This document shows, one piece after another, positions 24,473 through 34,322 of a stretch of DNA of 64,000 bases (position 1 is its first letter; every line of letters starts with the position of its first letter). Made by a program: the position numbers and the translations under genes. The notes under the pieces were generated by a model that had not been told where the DNA came from, did no database searches, and was given only the letters and a program-made list of their open reading frames with translations. The stretch is from Candidatus Nomurabacteria bacterium (lineage in GTDB: Bacteria; Patescibacteriota; Saccharimonadia; Saccharimonadales; VXPC01), in NCBI GenBank assembly GCA_020631905.1, contig JACKGQ010000001.1:421854-485853 (forward strand), written 5' to 3'.

Positions 24473-25441
24473 GTGAGTAATTTTCACGAAACAAGAAGAG
24501 CAGCAGACAAACAGCGAGTAGCTGATATAGCTGACGGTAAAGTCGGTGCCAGTACGGGCGACCCACTCTTAGATGCTCTGGCTGTGGCGGTTGGGCCGAG
24601 GTTATTCGAGTCGGAACCGCGAGCCGAACGATTACTAGAGCGCTATAATCGGCTTTGTCAATTAGCTGTCCCTGGAAAAGTCTTAACAATTGTCTTTAAC
24701 GATTTCCCGGCTAGATTAATTAATTGCACAGGTTTCGGAGCAGAGCCGAGATATAACCATCGACACTTAATAACATGTGCCTCGATTCTATGTGGGGGAG
24801 AACTAGAAGTTGATGCGACACGCAGACTTCCGATCGCAGTTAAAGCAGATTGCTTGGCAATGCTAAACTTCGAAAAACAGACAGATGAGTCATCGAGATA
24901 TATCGACGGTCGTCCTAATTACGTAGGCTTAACTGGTAGCCAGTCTGGTTTGCGTCCTGTGGTCGAGGAATTTGCCGAGACGGGTATTTTGCCAGTAATC
25001 AATTACATAGAACGAGACGAACACACCGATATATTCTCACCAACTGTATATGCAGAAGGCTCGAGTCGGGGGTCATTTTTGCCCGTACATTTCGAGACTG
25101 ACGAAACACTACCGTTGTGGCTCAAGTCCGTTTCTAATTCCACGATTTTAGAAATACTAAGACTCAGGCGCGGAGCAGCTTTACCAAACCTCGAAAGCGA
25201 TTTCGTAGAAAAAACACTCAGTCGAGGTGTTCTTGAGGCGGAAACACAACGCCGAGAACGACTAGATAGAGTACATACGGCTCGTGATCGGGTAGAGCAA
25301 GCCGAAGACCGCTTGACACTACTTCAAGGCGAATTAAAACTGGCGATGCAAGAACTTAGTTCGCAGGAAGTCGTAACACTCGAACTGGAATCCCTTCGAG
25401 CCGACTATGGTTTAGACAGGCAGACTTTGAATGAAGATTAA
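24473..25441 (+). CDS. Hypothetical protein (322 aa) with a C-terminal coiled-coil
   Basis: Long ORF with a GTG start. The C-terminal ~80 aa are heptad-like (RERLDRVHTARDRVEQAEDRLTLLQGELKLAMQEL). No family recognised. Confidence 0.65.
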   Translation: MSNFHETRRAADKQRVADIADGKVGASTGDPLLDALAVAVGPRLFESEPRAERLLERYNRLCQLAVPGKVLTIVFNDFPARLINCTGFGAEPRYNHRHLITCASILCGGELEVDATRRLPIAVKADCLAMLNFEKQTDESSRYIDGRPNYVGLTGSQSGLRPVVEEFAETGILPVINYIERDEHTDIFSPTVYAEGSSRGSFLPVHFETDETLPLWLKSVSNSTILEILRLRRGAALPNLESDFVEKTLSRGVLEAETQRRERLDRVHTARDRVEQAEDRLTLLQGELKLAMQELSSQEVVTLELESLRADYGLDRQTLNED

Positions 25442-25524
25442 TTTGCTGTAAAATATAATGGATTGTCGGACACCGGTGGGGGGATTCAGACTTGTTCAGT
25501 ACGTACTAACTAAGAGGGAATAAA

Positions 25525-28122
25525 TTGAAAAAAGTATTAAAGCGGGTACTCGGCGACCCAGAAGCAAAAACACTCAAGCGCTATAACAAGAAAGTCAAAG
25601 AGATTAACCAGCTCGAGGCCGGAGTCAAAAAACTTTCAGATACTAAACTCAAGGCAAAAACCGAAGAGTTTAAAAAAAGACTAGCCAAAGAATCGCTAGA
25701 TGCCTTGCTACCGGAAGCTTTTGCTGTTGTTCGTGAAGCCGCTTACCGGGTGATTGGCCAACGCCACTTCGATGTTCAGCTGGTTGGTGGAATGACTTTG
25801 CACGAAGGTAAAGTTGCCGAAATGCGCACAGGTGAAGGTAAAACGCTAGTTGCAACCCTACCACTTTATTTAAACGCCCTAACCGGCAAAGGTGCCCACT
25901 TAGTTACGGTTAACGATTATCTTGCCAGAATCGGCGCTGGTTGGATGGGTCCTGTTTATGGTTTCTTAGGGATGAGTTTGGGTGTAATTATGCCCGACGC
26001 CTCTTTTGTGTATGACGCAGATTACGACAACAAAGAGGCCGACGACCCAAGGTTTGCTCATTTGCGACCGAGTACTCGCCAAGAGGCATATGCCGCCGAT
26101 ATAACCTACGGCACAAATAATGAGTTTGGTTTTGACTACCTGCGCGACAACATGGTTCGCGATGCCGATCAACTGCGTCAGCGCGGTTTACATTATGCTA
26201 TTGTCGACGAAGTCGACTCAATTTTAATCGACGAGGCTCGCACGCCGTTGATTATTAGCGCCCCGAGCGTGACTAGTGGCAATATGTACCAGCAGTTCTC
26301 GAGGGTTGTAAAACAGCTTAAGCCAGAGCATTACGAAAAAGACGAAAAACGCCGAGCGGTTGTATTAACCGACGAAGGTGTCGAGAAGGTCGAGAAAATC
26401 CTTGGCATCAAAGGACTCTACAACACCGAAAACATCCGCACTATTTATCATCTCGAGCAAGCGTTGCGTGCTGAGACCTTATTTATTCGAGACAAAAACT
26501 ATGTCGTAACCAAAGACGGCGAGGTTGTAATTGTCGACGAATTTACTGGCCGGTTGCTAAAGGGCAGGCGCTATAACGAAGGCTTGCACCAGGCTATCGA
26601 AGCCAAAGAGGGAGTCGAAGTTCAGGAAGAGTCGATGACTCTAGCCAAGGTTTCTTTCCAGAACCTGTTCCGACTTTATGAAAAGCTTGCAGGTATGACT
26701 GGTACAGCCAAAACCGAAGAAGAAGAATTCCAGCAAATCTACGATCTCGACGTGGTGGTTATCCCAACCAACAAGCCAATCGTGCGTAAAGATCATCCAG
26801 ATGTAATCTATAAAACCGAAGCTGCTAAATTCAGAGCAATCGTTAAGAAAGTATCAGAGCTGAATAAAAAAGGTCAGCCAGTCTTGCTAGGTACATCGAG
26901 TATCGAAAAAAACGAACACCTGAGTGGGTTACTTAATAAGGCAGGTATTCAACATCAAGTCCTCAATGCAAAAAATAATCTTTCCGAAGCCAAGATTGTT
27001 GCCAAAGCTGGCACAAAAGGTGCGGTTACTTTAGCTACCAACATTGCTGGTCGTGGTACCGACATTGTTCTCGACGCAGATGTTCGCGAAAAGTTAGGTG
27101 GATTGTACGTAATCGGTACCGAACGCCACGAATCTCGCCGTATCGACAACCAGTTACGTGGTCGATCTGGTCGTCAGGGTGATCCAGGAGAGAGCCAGTT
27201 CTATGTAAGCACCGAAGACGACATTATGCGGATATTCAACGGCGAGCGAATTGGTTCGCTGATGGGTCGCATGAAACTCGACGAAGACACACCAATCGAA
27301 ATGCGTGTATTGGGTCGAGCGCTCGAGGCCGCTCAGAAAAAAGTCGAAGGCTTTAACTTTGATAGTCGAAAAAATGTTGTTCAGTACGACGACGTCATGA
27401 ACAGACACCGTCTGAGTGTCTATAACACTCGCCGTAAGCTACTCGAAGACCAAGACGTGAGTGCCAAGATAAAAGAATTTATCGAAAGCGAAGCAGTCGC
27501 TTTAGCTAGTTTGCCTGGCCAAGACGACGACTATGAGCGCCAGATTGTGCATGTCTTTCCTTTTGACGAGCCAACACTCGACAGGTTATTCGATGCCGAA
27601 GCCGACAAATTTGCTCAGGTTCTTACTGTCGAAGCACTAGAGCTTTATGCCGCCAAAGAAAAAGTATTTTCCGACAATATATTGCACGAAATCGAGCGGG
27701 ATATCTACTTCCAGATTTTAGACAACTTATGGATGCAACACCTAGAAAACATGGAGCATATGCAACAAGGTGTGCAGTGGCGAAGTGTTGGTCAGCGCGA
27801 TCCGCTAGTCGAGTATCGTCGCGAGGCTCAGATCTTATTTGATATCATGCAGCAAAACTTACGTCACGAAGTTGTTCGGTCGTTAATGCACGCCCAACCA
27901 ATTGAGCAAGCACCAAGTCAACTTCACGAAACCGAACTCACCCGAGCTGCCAGGGGATCGGTCGAGAACGCTGGTCAGATTATTGACGGCGAAACACTTA
28001 GTGAAGCCGACTTTAAAGCTACTGCCAAGAAAGAAGAAGTCGAAGCCCATAAGAAAGCTAATAAACGCAAAGTTGCTCGCAAAAAAGAGCGCCAAAACAA
28101 GAAAAAAGCCCGCCGCAAGTAG
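25525..28122 (+). CDS. secA: Preprotein translocase ATPase SecA
   Basis: MRTGEGKTLVATLP, VDEVDSILIDEARTPLIIS, TNIAGRGTDI and LRGRSGRQGDPGES motifs. Lys-rich C-terminal tail. TTG start. Confidence 0.95.
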   Translation: MKKVLKRVLGDPEAKTLKRYNKKVKEINQLEAGVKKLSDTKLKAKTEEFKKRLAKESLDALLPEAFAVVREAAYRVIGQRHFDVQLVGGMTLHEGKVAEMRTGEGKTLVATLPLYLNALTGKGAHLVTVNDYLARIGAGWMGPVYGFLGMSLGVIMPDASFVYDADYDNKEADDPRFAHLRPSTRQEAYAADITYGTNNEFGFDYLRDNMVRDADQLRQRGLHYAIVDEVDSILIDEARTPLIISAPSVTSGNMYQQFSRVVKQLKPEHYEKDEKRRAVVLTDEGVEKVEKILGIKGLYNTENIRTIYHLEQALRAETLFIRDKNYVVTKDGEVVIVDEFTGRLLKGRRYNEGLHQAIEAKEGVEVQEESMTLAKVSFQNLFRLYEKLAGMTGTAKTEEEEFQQIYDLDVVVIPTNKPIVRKDHPDVIYKTEAAKFRAIVKKVSELNKKGQPVLLGTSSIEKNEHLSGLLNKAGIQHQVLNAKNNLSEAKIVAKAGTKGAVTLATNIAGRGTDIVLDADVREKLGGLYVIGTERHESRRIDNQLRGRSGRQGDPGESQFYVSTEDDIMRIFNGERIGSLMGRMKLDEDTPIEMRVLGRALEAAQKKVEGFNFDSRKNVVQYDDVMNRHRLSVYNTRRKLLEDQDVSAKIKEFIESEAVALASLPGQDDDYERQIVHVFPFDEPTLDRLFDAEADKFAQVLTVEALELYAAKEKVFSDNILHEIERDIYFQILDNLWMQHLENMEHMQQGVQWRSVGQRDPLVEYRREAQILFDIMQQNLRHEVVRSLMHAQPIEQAPSQLHETELTRAARGSVENAGQIIDGETLSEADFKATAKKEEVEAHKKANKRKVARKKERQNKKKARRK

Positions 28123-28239
28123 CCTGTGGTTCAGAGTCCAGAGTTCATTGTAGGCGGAAGAGACCTGACATGTAAATCGCATCTGAAAATCATTATCAAG
28201 CCTATGCTTTGAGCAAATATCTACTAAGAGTAATATAGA

Positions 28240-28953
28240 GTGATGATTGATTATATTCCTTATAGAAGTAGGTCTAGCCACACGCAGCGTAGGCTGGTGC
28301 GTGGCGACACCGCACATAGTCGTAGTCAACTAAGGGTGGAGTTTCCGACACATGTTGTTGCTCGGCGAAGCTTTTCTGGTGCAAACACACAGCCAACCGA
28401 TGCCTCGATTGCACCGGTAGAAGTTGTTGGGGCTAGCAAGAACACTGCTGATTACAACGCCATTGGTTCGGCTGTTGTTGGCATGGAAGATATGCATATG
28501 CCAGTTATAGATTTGGACTACAGTCTTATACTGCATCGATCGGGGCGTCGTCAAGCGTTAGAGCTACGCGGTGCCGGTATTGGCTATAGTGCCAGAGCTG
28601 GTATTTTTATCCGCGAGGTAGTTGCCGACCTCGGTTTAGGAGATGTAGAAATTTTGACAGATACTGTGGGTAGGCTTAGGGGGGGAAGTTATCATACTAG
28701 TCACAGTAAGATTATTACTGGTCTTCGCTGGGTTGTCGGTGAAGATGTAGACATGTCAGTTGTTAGTTCGACCAACCACTCACATCTATATATACATCAA
28801 CCAGTAAGAGGTTCTGATAATAGTGACTTACTCACCGAACTAGCTAATGTTGGTGTTGTCAGTCAGAGGTATCTAGATATTGCCACTTTTTGTACGATGG
28901 GTGTAGTCCGAACTCCATGGGAGAAAAAAGCAACCAAGCACCTGGGCTCGTAA
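28240..28953 (+). CDS. Hypothetical protein (237 aa; start uncertain, alternative ATG at 28483)
   Basis: Long ORF. The N-terminal ~80 aa are low-complexity and may not be translated. No confident family assignment. Confidence 0.55.
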   Translation: MMIDYIPYRSRSSHTQRRLVRGDTAHSRSQLRVEFPTHVVARRSFSGANTQPTDASIAPVEVVGASKNTADYNAIGSAVVGMEDMHMPVIDLDYSLILHRSGRRQALELRGAGIGYSARAGIFIREVVADLGLGDVEILTDTVGRLRGGSYHTSHSKIITGLRWVVGEDVDMSVVSSTNHSHLYIHQPVRGSDNSDLLTELANVGVVSQRYLDIATFCTMGVVRTPWEKKATKHLGS

Positions 28954-28985
28954 TCAGAGCTAAATAGTTGTGAAAAAGTTTACAT

Positions 28986-29014
28986 TTTACAAAAACACAA
29001 CCTGTGCGTAATGT
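28986..29014 (+). promoter_or_regulatory. Sigma-70-type promoter for the 395-aa orphan gene
   Basis: TTTACA (28986-28991), 17-nt spacer, TAATGT (29009-29014). AAGGAG RBS at 29026-29031. Confidence 0.55.
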
Positions 29015-29040
29015 TATTAAAAATTAAGGAGTTAATCTAA

Positions 29041-30228
29041 GTGAGTTACCATGCCGAAGTTGGCAGGATTAGCCACGAACTGGCTGCAGATATCCCGCTT
29101 GTAAATGTTTTTGGAGCAATTGAAAAAGCTATTTACAGATGTAGAAACGAGCAGTGGTTGAATCATGGCCCAGATCATATCCTGAACATAGCCATCCATT
29201 ATTTATTAGAGAATGGTGATGAGTTGGCACAACAAAAAGCCCTAGAGTTGCTGCGGATTGAGGCACTGCTGAAGCCGAGTCTTGATACGGCAGCTAGCCA
29301 CTCAGTTACGGCCAAAGATACTCTATTCGAAAGCCTAGAAATGCCAGAAGTTGCCTACAAACTATTCGAGATTGCCGGCCAGCATATTGTAGGAGTCGCA
29401 ACCGCAGAAGAGTATACAACTGATCCATTGTTGATCTATGCATTTGGGGAAGTGCTTATGAGAGCCGAAGACTGTAGCCAAGACGCCATAGATCAGCTTG
29501 GCTTTGTGCCTAGGATTATTGGGCGCGAGCTAATAGATTCTGCAAGGATTGCAATCAAACAAAACCCAGATAGTAGTTTTTACGAAGTTAATCCTGGTTT
29601 GGCAATGATCGTTTCTACCCAAAGACAAGTAGATTTTGCGTTAGCTCAGGAAGCCAACGATCTGATTACAGACATATATTGGAAAACCTACGATTTAGTA
29701 CCACCAGTACCAGTAGATTATTCTGGGTTGTTGGCCGATAAAGACAAATTCCAGAGCGGACCAATCCAAGCAATTTTAGAAATGCAAGATTCGGACAATT
29801 ACACTGACAAGATAAAAGGGATAGAAGAGTGGGGGCGGATACTAGCAGAAACAAGAAACGATCTCGAGAATCTCGGCCTTGGTCAACTTGCTACATTCAG
29901 AGATCTAGCCTCTAGAGCTATAGAACGAATATTAGCGATCCGGGCCGATTATTTTAAACTAGGTGAACGAAGTCGAGGTTACGATAGCCGACCACGAGAC
30001 GAGGCCTGGTTAGTCGCTTTCGCCGGACACAACTTGGCACTATCGCATATGGTATCGTATGGACAGACAGCTTATAACTCGAGTTTATATTTTACTACAA
30101 TTGCCAAAGAGCTTGGCCGATTAGGTGATAGAAAAGCATTGCTCCGGATGTTCAAACATGCCGATGGTTTTAGCGAAGAATTTAAAGCGACGCTACTTGA
30201 GCATTTCAATCGGGCTAATCAGGGATAA
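29041..30228 (+). CDS. Hypothetical all-helical protein (395 aa)
   Basis: Long ORF with a GTG start, an AAGGAG RBS and its own promoter. No motif recognised. Confidence 0.7.
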   Translation: MSYHAEVGRISHELAADIPLVNVFGAIEKAIYRCRNEQWLNHGPDHILNIAIHYLLENGDELAQQKALELLRIEALLKPSLDTAASHSVTAKDTLFESLEMPEVAYKLFEIAGQHIVGVATAEEYTTDPLLIYAFGEVLMRAEDCSQDAIDQLGFVPRIIGRELIDSARIAIKQNPDSSFYEVNPGLAMIVSTQRQVDFALAQEANDLITDIYWKTYDLVPPVPVDYSGLLADKDKFQSGPIQAILEMQDSDNYTDKIKGIEEWGRILAETRNDLENLGLGQLATFRDLASRAIERILAIRADYFKLGERSRGYDSRPRDEAWLVAFAGHNLALSHMVSYGQTAYNSSLYFTTIAKELGRLGDRKALLRMFKHADGFSEEFKATLLEHFNRANQG

Positions 30229-30281
30229 TCCACATGCCAATATTTGGCTTAATCTTATAAAAGTGATATAATATATTTATA

Positions 30282-31340
30282 ATGATAAATCGTGAGCGTC
30301 GTCGAGAGCGACTAAAAAACATTGCTGTTGCTACTTGGGCGCTAGCGGCTTTTGGGATGCGCTACTGTACCGAACATGAAGATAACAAATCGCTAACCTA
30401 CGGATACGATGTAGAAGTTGATCAAACGTCTTTAGGCGAGCCGTTATCAGCGGAGTGTCAAGTCATGGTAAGCGAGGCTATCAACGATCTCGAACAGATC
30501 GCTGCCGAACGACCCGAAGAGCTATGGATTGACGTCGATCGACTTGGAAATACTTATCCGCTAGACATTTCCATAGACATAGGTCGGGCAAAGTCACGCG
30601 AACAAATAATCGAGTTGCTAGAGAAAGCTTTTCCCGGAGTGGTCTTTCGGGTAGAGCCAAATCCTTACTCTCCAGATAGTATTAGACAACTAGAACCACC
30701 AAGTATACAAGACACAAGAAATTTTGCAGAAGGCTATTTGGCGGCAATGTCTTCGGTTCCAGCCGAGCTATATCGCCAGACAATTCATACCGACGTGTAC
30801 TATTGGCCAACATATGATCCAGATGTACAAGATAACGAAACCAATCTTCGTCTTGGTGGTTTCGTTCAGCACAGACCTAAATCGGACCAAGCGACGATGA
30901 CGATTGGTGTATATAATAACGTCCAAGACTACGCCGATACCGTTGCTCATGAATTCGCACACGTAGTATTGATGAGCTACGAAGACCTTGCCCCAGATAA
31001 CCGAGAACGAATTGCCGAGTTATTTACTTGTGCCCAGCCTTCGGACTATCCGTACGGATACAGTCAGCTACAAGCACTTTTTGATAATGGCGCTATCACA
31101 AACTGTGATTTTAGTGATGGTTCGAGATGTGTACATACAAGTTGGTACGGCAACTCTAGCTATATCGAAGACTTCGCCGAAATATACATACCACATCGTG
31201 GTCAGACAAATAATTTTTGGTGTCACCCGGAGGGAGCAGAGACTAAGCCGCCGATTAACTCTAGACTAGATGTCAAACTGATTGCCACTATCTTGGCATT
31301 TGCCGGAGTCGACAGTTCGGGCATTCTAGCTCTAGGTTAA
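30282..31340 (+). CDS. Putative zinc metalloprotease (HExxH, gluzincin-like), 352 aa
   Basis: TVAHEFAHVV (HEFAH at nt 30948-30962), plus a downstream YIEDFAEIY that could supply the third-ligand Glu. N-terminal hydrophobic segment after a basic start. Confidence 0.65.
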   Translation: MINRERRRERLKNIAVATWALAAFGMRYCTEHEDNKSLTYGYDVEVDQTSLGEPLSAECQVMVSEAINDLEQIAAERPEELWIDVDRLGNTYPLDISIDIGRAKSREQIIELLEKAFPGVVFRVEPNPYSPDSIRQLEPPSIQDTRNFAEGYLAAMSSVPAELYRQTIHTDVYYWPTYDPDVQDNETNLRLGGFVQHRPKSDQATMTIGVYNNVQDYADTVAHEFAHVVLMSYEDLAPDNRERIAELFTCAQPSDYPYGYSQLQALFDNGAITNCDFSDGSRCVHTSWYGNSSYIEDFAEIYIPHRGQTNNFWCHPEGAETKPPINSRLDVKLIATILAFAGVDSSGILALG

Positions 31341-31423
31341 TACAGGCATAGCCGGCTCAAGCTACTACACACAGCCAGCCATCGGGTCTAGTTATCCGAG
31401 CATAACTCTTATATACTTAACTT

Positions 31424-31825
31424 ATGGATTGTGTATTTTGCAAAATAGTCGACGGGGAAATACCTAGCTACAAAGTCTACGAAGACGATAGCGTCTATGC
31501 ATTTCTAGACATCAACCCGACGACAGTCGGACACACCCTAATTGTCCCTAAATTTCATACCGAGGATTTCACAACTGTTGCCGATGCAGTCTGGGCAAAA
31601 ATGCTCCCGGTAGCTAAAAAACTCGCCGATCGCTACCAAAAAGTACTCGGTGCAGATGGCTTTAACTTATGGAACAATGCCGGTGAGGCAGGTGAACAAG
31701 TGATATTCCATTTTCATCTTCATTTACTTCCGCGCTACAAAGACGACGGTATTCGGCTAGCACAGCCAGCCGACAAAACCATCGACGTAGCGGCTACTCA
31801 TGCCAAAATTGGCCAAGTAGCTTAA
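31424..31825 (+). CDS. HIT (histidine triad) family protein
   Basis: CVFCKI zinc-ribbon-like start and the HFHLHLLPR histidine triad. Confidence 0.9.
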   Translation: MDCVFCKIVDGEIPSYKVYEDDSVYAFLDINPTTVGHTLIVPKFHTEDFTTVADAVWAKMLPVAKKLADRYQKVLGADGFNLWNNAGEAGEQVIFHFHLHLLPRYKDDGIRLAQPADKTIDVAATHAKIGQVA

Positions 31826-31895
31826 CATCTGGTCGCAACTCTGTTAGACTAGCCTGCAATTGTTTTATTAACTAACTTGCGAGAGGGCAATTAGC

Positions 31896-33182
31896 TTGAA
31901 ACACACTGTTCGACAGGTACAGCTTAAAAATGGTGCACGTGGTCTACTCGTACATGTGCCGGGGGCTCAGGTGATGAGCTTCGATTTGAACTTCCGGGCA
32001 GGCGACTATTTGTGTAGCGAAGATAAGTGGGAACTAGCTCATGTAATGGAACATCTAGTGCTAGGTGCTAACCAAAAACACCGCAGCAGCAACAAGTTCA
32101 ATCGTGTGCTCGAAGAAAACGGCGCCTACTCGAATGCAGCCACTGGAGCTTATGACATAGACTACTATGCCGAGTGTGCCGATTTTGAGTGGGATCGAAT
32201 CTTTGATCTGATGATCCTGGCAATTTCTAGGCCTCTGTTTCTAGAAACAGAGTTTACTGCCGAAATGGGTAACGTTAACGAAGAGCTTACTCAACGCTCG
32301 AATAATTATGCAGCTGTGTTAGCGCAGTCTGTGCGCAAAGCCCTAGGATTCATGGGCTATACCTACAAAGCAGGCTTAGAATCGATGTCAAAAATCCAGC
32401 TAGATGATGTTAGGACTTTTCATAAGCTAACTCACTTTACGCGTAATATGCGATTTATTATCAGTGGTAACATCCGGGGTCGGAGTGACCAGATTATTAG
32501 CAAGCTCGAAGCAATTAGTTTACCAGAAGGCGATTCCAACCGTCTGGAATTACCAGAAGAAGTTGGTAGCGGCAAGTGTGATCAGCTGTATTTAAACTAT
32601 AAAAATGTACCCAATCTGTATTTCACACTCGAAAGTTTGCATCAGAAAGTCTTTACAGAGCCAGAAATCGATGCTGCAAATGTGGTTAACCATATTCTAA
32701 ATGTTGGCTATACTTCGAAGATATTTGGTAAGGCTCGCGAGCAGGGAATAGTCTACGATTTGAGTTCTAGCTCGTATTCGACCAAAACAACCAGTGGCTG
32801 GGGAATCGATGGTCAAGTTTCGCGCGATAACGCACCGAAGCTATTTGCGCTAATTGCCAAAGAAATTAAAAAGATCTTAACCGATGGAGTGGATTTGCGA
32901 GATCTGCAGCATGTTAAAAAAAGTGCAATTGGCGGGTATCACATGAGTGCACAGACAGTATTCGGTACTGCCAACGGCTACGCCAACCGCTTTTTCTGGG
33001 ATGACACGGTGATCCCATACGATTCCTATCCAGAGAGAATAAATTCGGTTACGCGTGAACGCGCCCAGGATGCTTTGCAGAAACTATTTGCCGACGAGAG
33101 CTGGATGGTTGGTTTCTTGGGTACAGCCAGCAAAGAAGAGCGCGAGAACCTTTGTAGTACAATAGCTACCATATGGCATTAG
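31896..33182 (+). CDS. M16 (pitrilysin/insulinase) family peptidase
   Basis: HVMEHLV (HxxEH) and the downstream NAATGAYDIDYY motif. TTG start. Confidence 0.8.
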   Translation: MKHTVRQVQLKNGARGLLVHVPGAQVMSFDLNFRAGDYLCSEDKWELAHVMEHLVLGANQKHRSSNKFNRVLEENGAYSNAATGAYDIDYYAECADFEWDRIFDLMILAISRPLFLETEFTAEMGNVNEELTQRSNNYAAVLAQSVRKALGFMGYTYKAGLESMSKIQLDDVRTFHKLTHFTRNMRFIISGNIRGRSDQIISKLEAISLPEGDSNRLELPEEVGSGKCDQLYLNYKNVPNLYFTLESLHQKVFTEPEIDAANVVNHILNVGYTSKIFGKAREQGIVYDLSSSSYSTKTTSGWGIDGQVSRDNAPKLFALIAKEIKKILTDGVDLRDLQHVKKSAIGGYHMSAQTVFGTANGYANRFFWDDTVIPYDSYPERINSVTRERAQDALQKLFADESWMVGFLGTASKEERENLCSTIATIWH

Positions 33183-34264
33183 CTGATTTACATAAAGAGA
33201 TACTTGAGCTGCAAGCTCAGGTTAAAGCTGCCACTAATAAACTAGAGATTGAGCCAAAGCTTGCCGAGCTAAAATCTATCGAACTCGATATGCAGTCGCC
33301 AAACTTCTGGTCGGATAACGAACGAGCCCAGAAGCAAGCCAAGCAGAAAAGCCTACTAGAAGAAAGTACTATTGCATGGGTTGGGTTACTATCGTCGCTT
33401 TCAACTCTCGAAACACTTGCCAAAGAAGGCGACAACGATGAAACTGAACTGCGTCAACTGTTTGAGCAGGACCAAGCTCAGTTCGAAAGTTTAAAACTCG
33501 AGCTACGATTTGCAGGACCATACGACAATTTTGAAGTTGTTTTAAGTATTTTTGCTGGAGCCGGCGGCACCGATGCTCAGGACTGGGCCGAAATGCTGTT
33601 ACGGATGTATGTGCGTTGGGCCGAAAAAGAAGGCTTAAAATCTGAGTTGCTCGAAGAATCTAGAGGTGATGAGGCTGGCATAAAAAGCGTGAGTCTAAAA
33701 ATATCTAACGGTAAGCATATTTTTGGAAGACTAAAGGCTGAGCATGGAGTCCATCGGCTGGTGCGCCTGAGCCCGTTCAATGCCGACAATCTACGCCAAA
33801 CTAGTTTTGCCAAAGTTGATGTTATTCCGCTGATCGACGAGCCAGACAAAGTCCAGATTAACCCCGACGACCTCAAAATAGATGTTTATCGGAGCGGTGG
33901 CAAAGGTGGCCAAAGTGTAAATACGACCGATTCGGCGGTCCGGATTACGCATTTACCAACAGGCATAGTCGTGGCGATTCAGAACGAGCGTTCACAGATT
34001 CAAAACAAAGATACAGCCATGCAGATCTTGCTCTCTAGACTGGCACAGCTTCAGGCCGAACAGCACGCCGAAAAACTTAGCGACTTAAAGGGGCCAAATG
34101 TCTCGGCCGAGTGGGGTAACCAAATTCGTAATTACGTATTACACCCTTATAAATTAGTTAAAGACACGCGAACCGGCCACGAAAGTAGCGATCCAGACAA
34201 AGTCCTCGATGGCGGGCTGAATGAATTTATCGATGCCTATCTGGCCGAAAATCTAGGTGAATAA
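33173..34264 (+). CDS. prfB: Peptide chain release factor 2 (single uninterrupted frame)
   Basis: SPF tripeptide (RLSPFN) and GGQ (GGKGGQSVN). No in-frame UGA near codon 26. Confidence 0.92.
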   Translation: MALADLHKEILELQAQVKAATNKLEIEPKLAELKSIELDMQSPNFWSDNERAQKQAKQKSLLEESTIAWVGLLSSLSTLETLAKEGDNDETELRQLFEQDQAQFESLKLELRFAGPYDNFEVVLSIFAGAGGTDAQDWAEMLLRMYVRWAEKEGLKSELLEESRGDEAGIKSVSLKISNGKHIFGRLKAEHGVHRLVRLSPFNADNLRQTSFAKVDVIPLIDEPDKVQINPDDLKIDVYRSGGKGGQSVNTTDSAVRITHLPTGIVVAIQNERSQIQNKDTAMQILLSRLAQLQAEQHAEKLSDLKGPNVSAEWGNQIRNYVLHPYKLVKDTRTGHESSDPDKVLDGGLNEFIDAYLAENLGE

Positions 34265-34322
34265 TCGGCTAACTATAGTCTAGAAAGCAGAGCTCGACTC
34301 CTGTATAATAACGCTTACATTT

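Noticed and set aside
27883-28329. 148-aa minus-strand ORF spanning the secA 3' end and the downstream spacer
   Set aside because: It mostly overlaps the secA Lys-rich tail in antisense. It has no RBS and no recognisable features.
28483-28953. Possible primase-polymerase (AEP)-like motif order in the 237-aa orphan (VIDLDY ... SSTNHSHLYI ... VVRTPWEKK)
   Set aside because: The pattern DxD / sxH / R-P-x-x-K is suggestive. However, the spacing between the first two motifs (about 90 aa) is atypical, and I cannot align the intervening sequence to any AEP I know. It is too weak to claim without a profile or structure search.
33173-34264. Programmed +1 frameshift in prfB, or an alternative genetic code
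   Set aside because: The RF2 frame is continuous from its ATG, with no internal in-frame UGA, so no frameshift site is present; a minority of bacteria lack one. UGA terminates several well-supported genes, including the four-helix-bundle gene and xseB, and RF2 itself is present. UGA reassignment (code 25 or 4) is therefore excluded.
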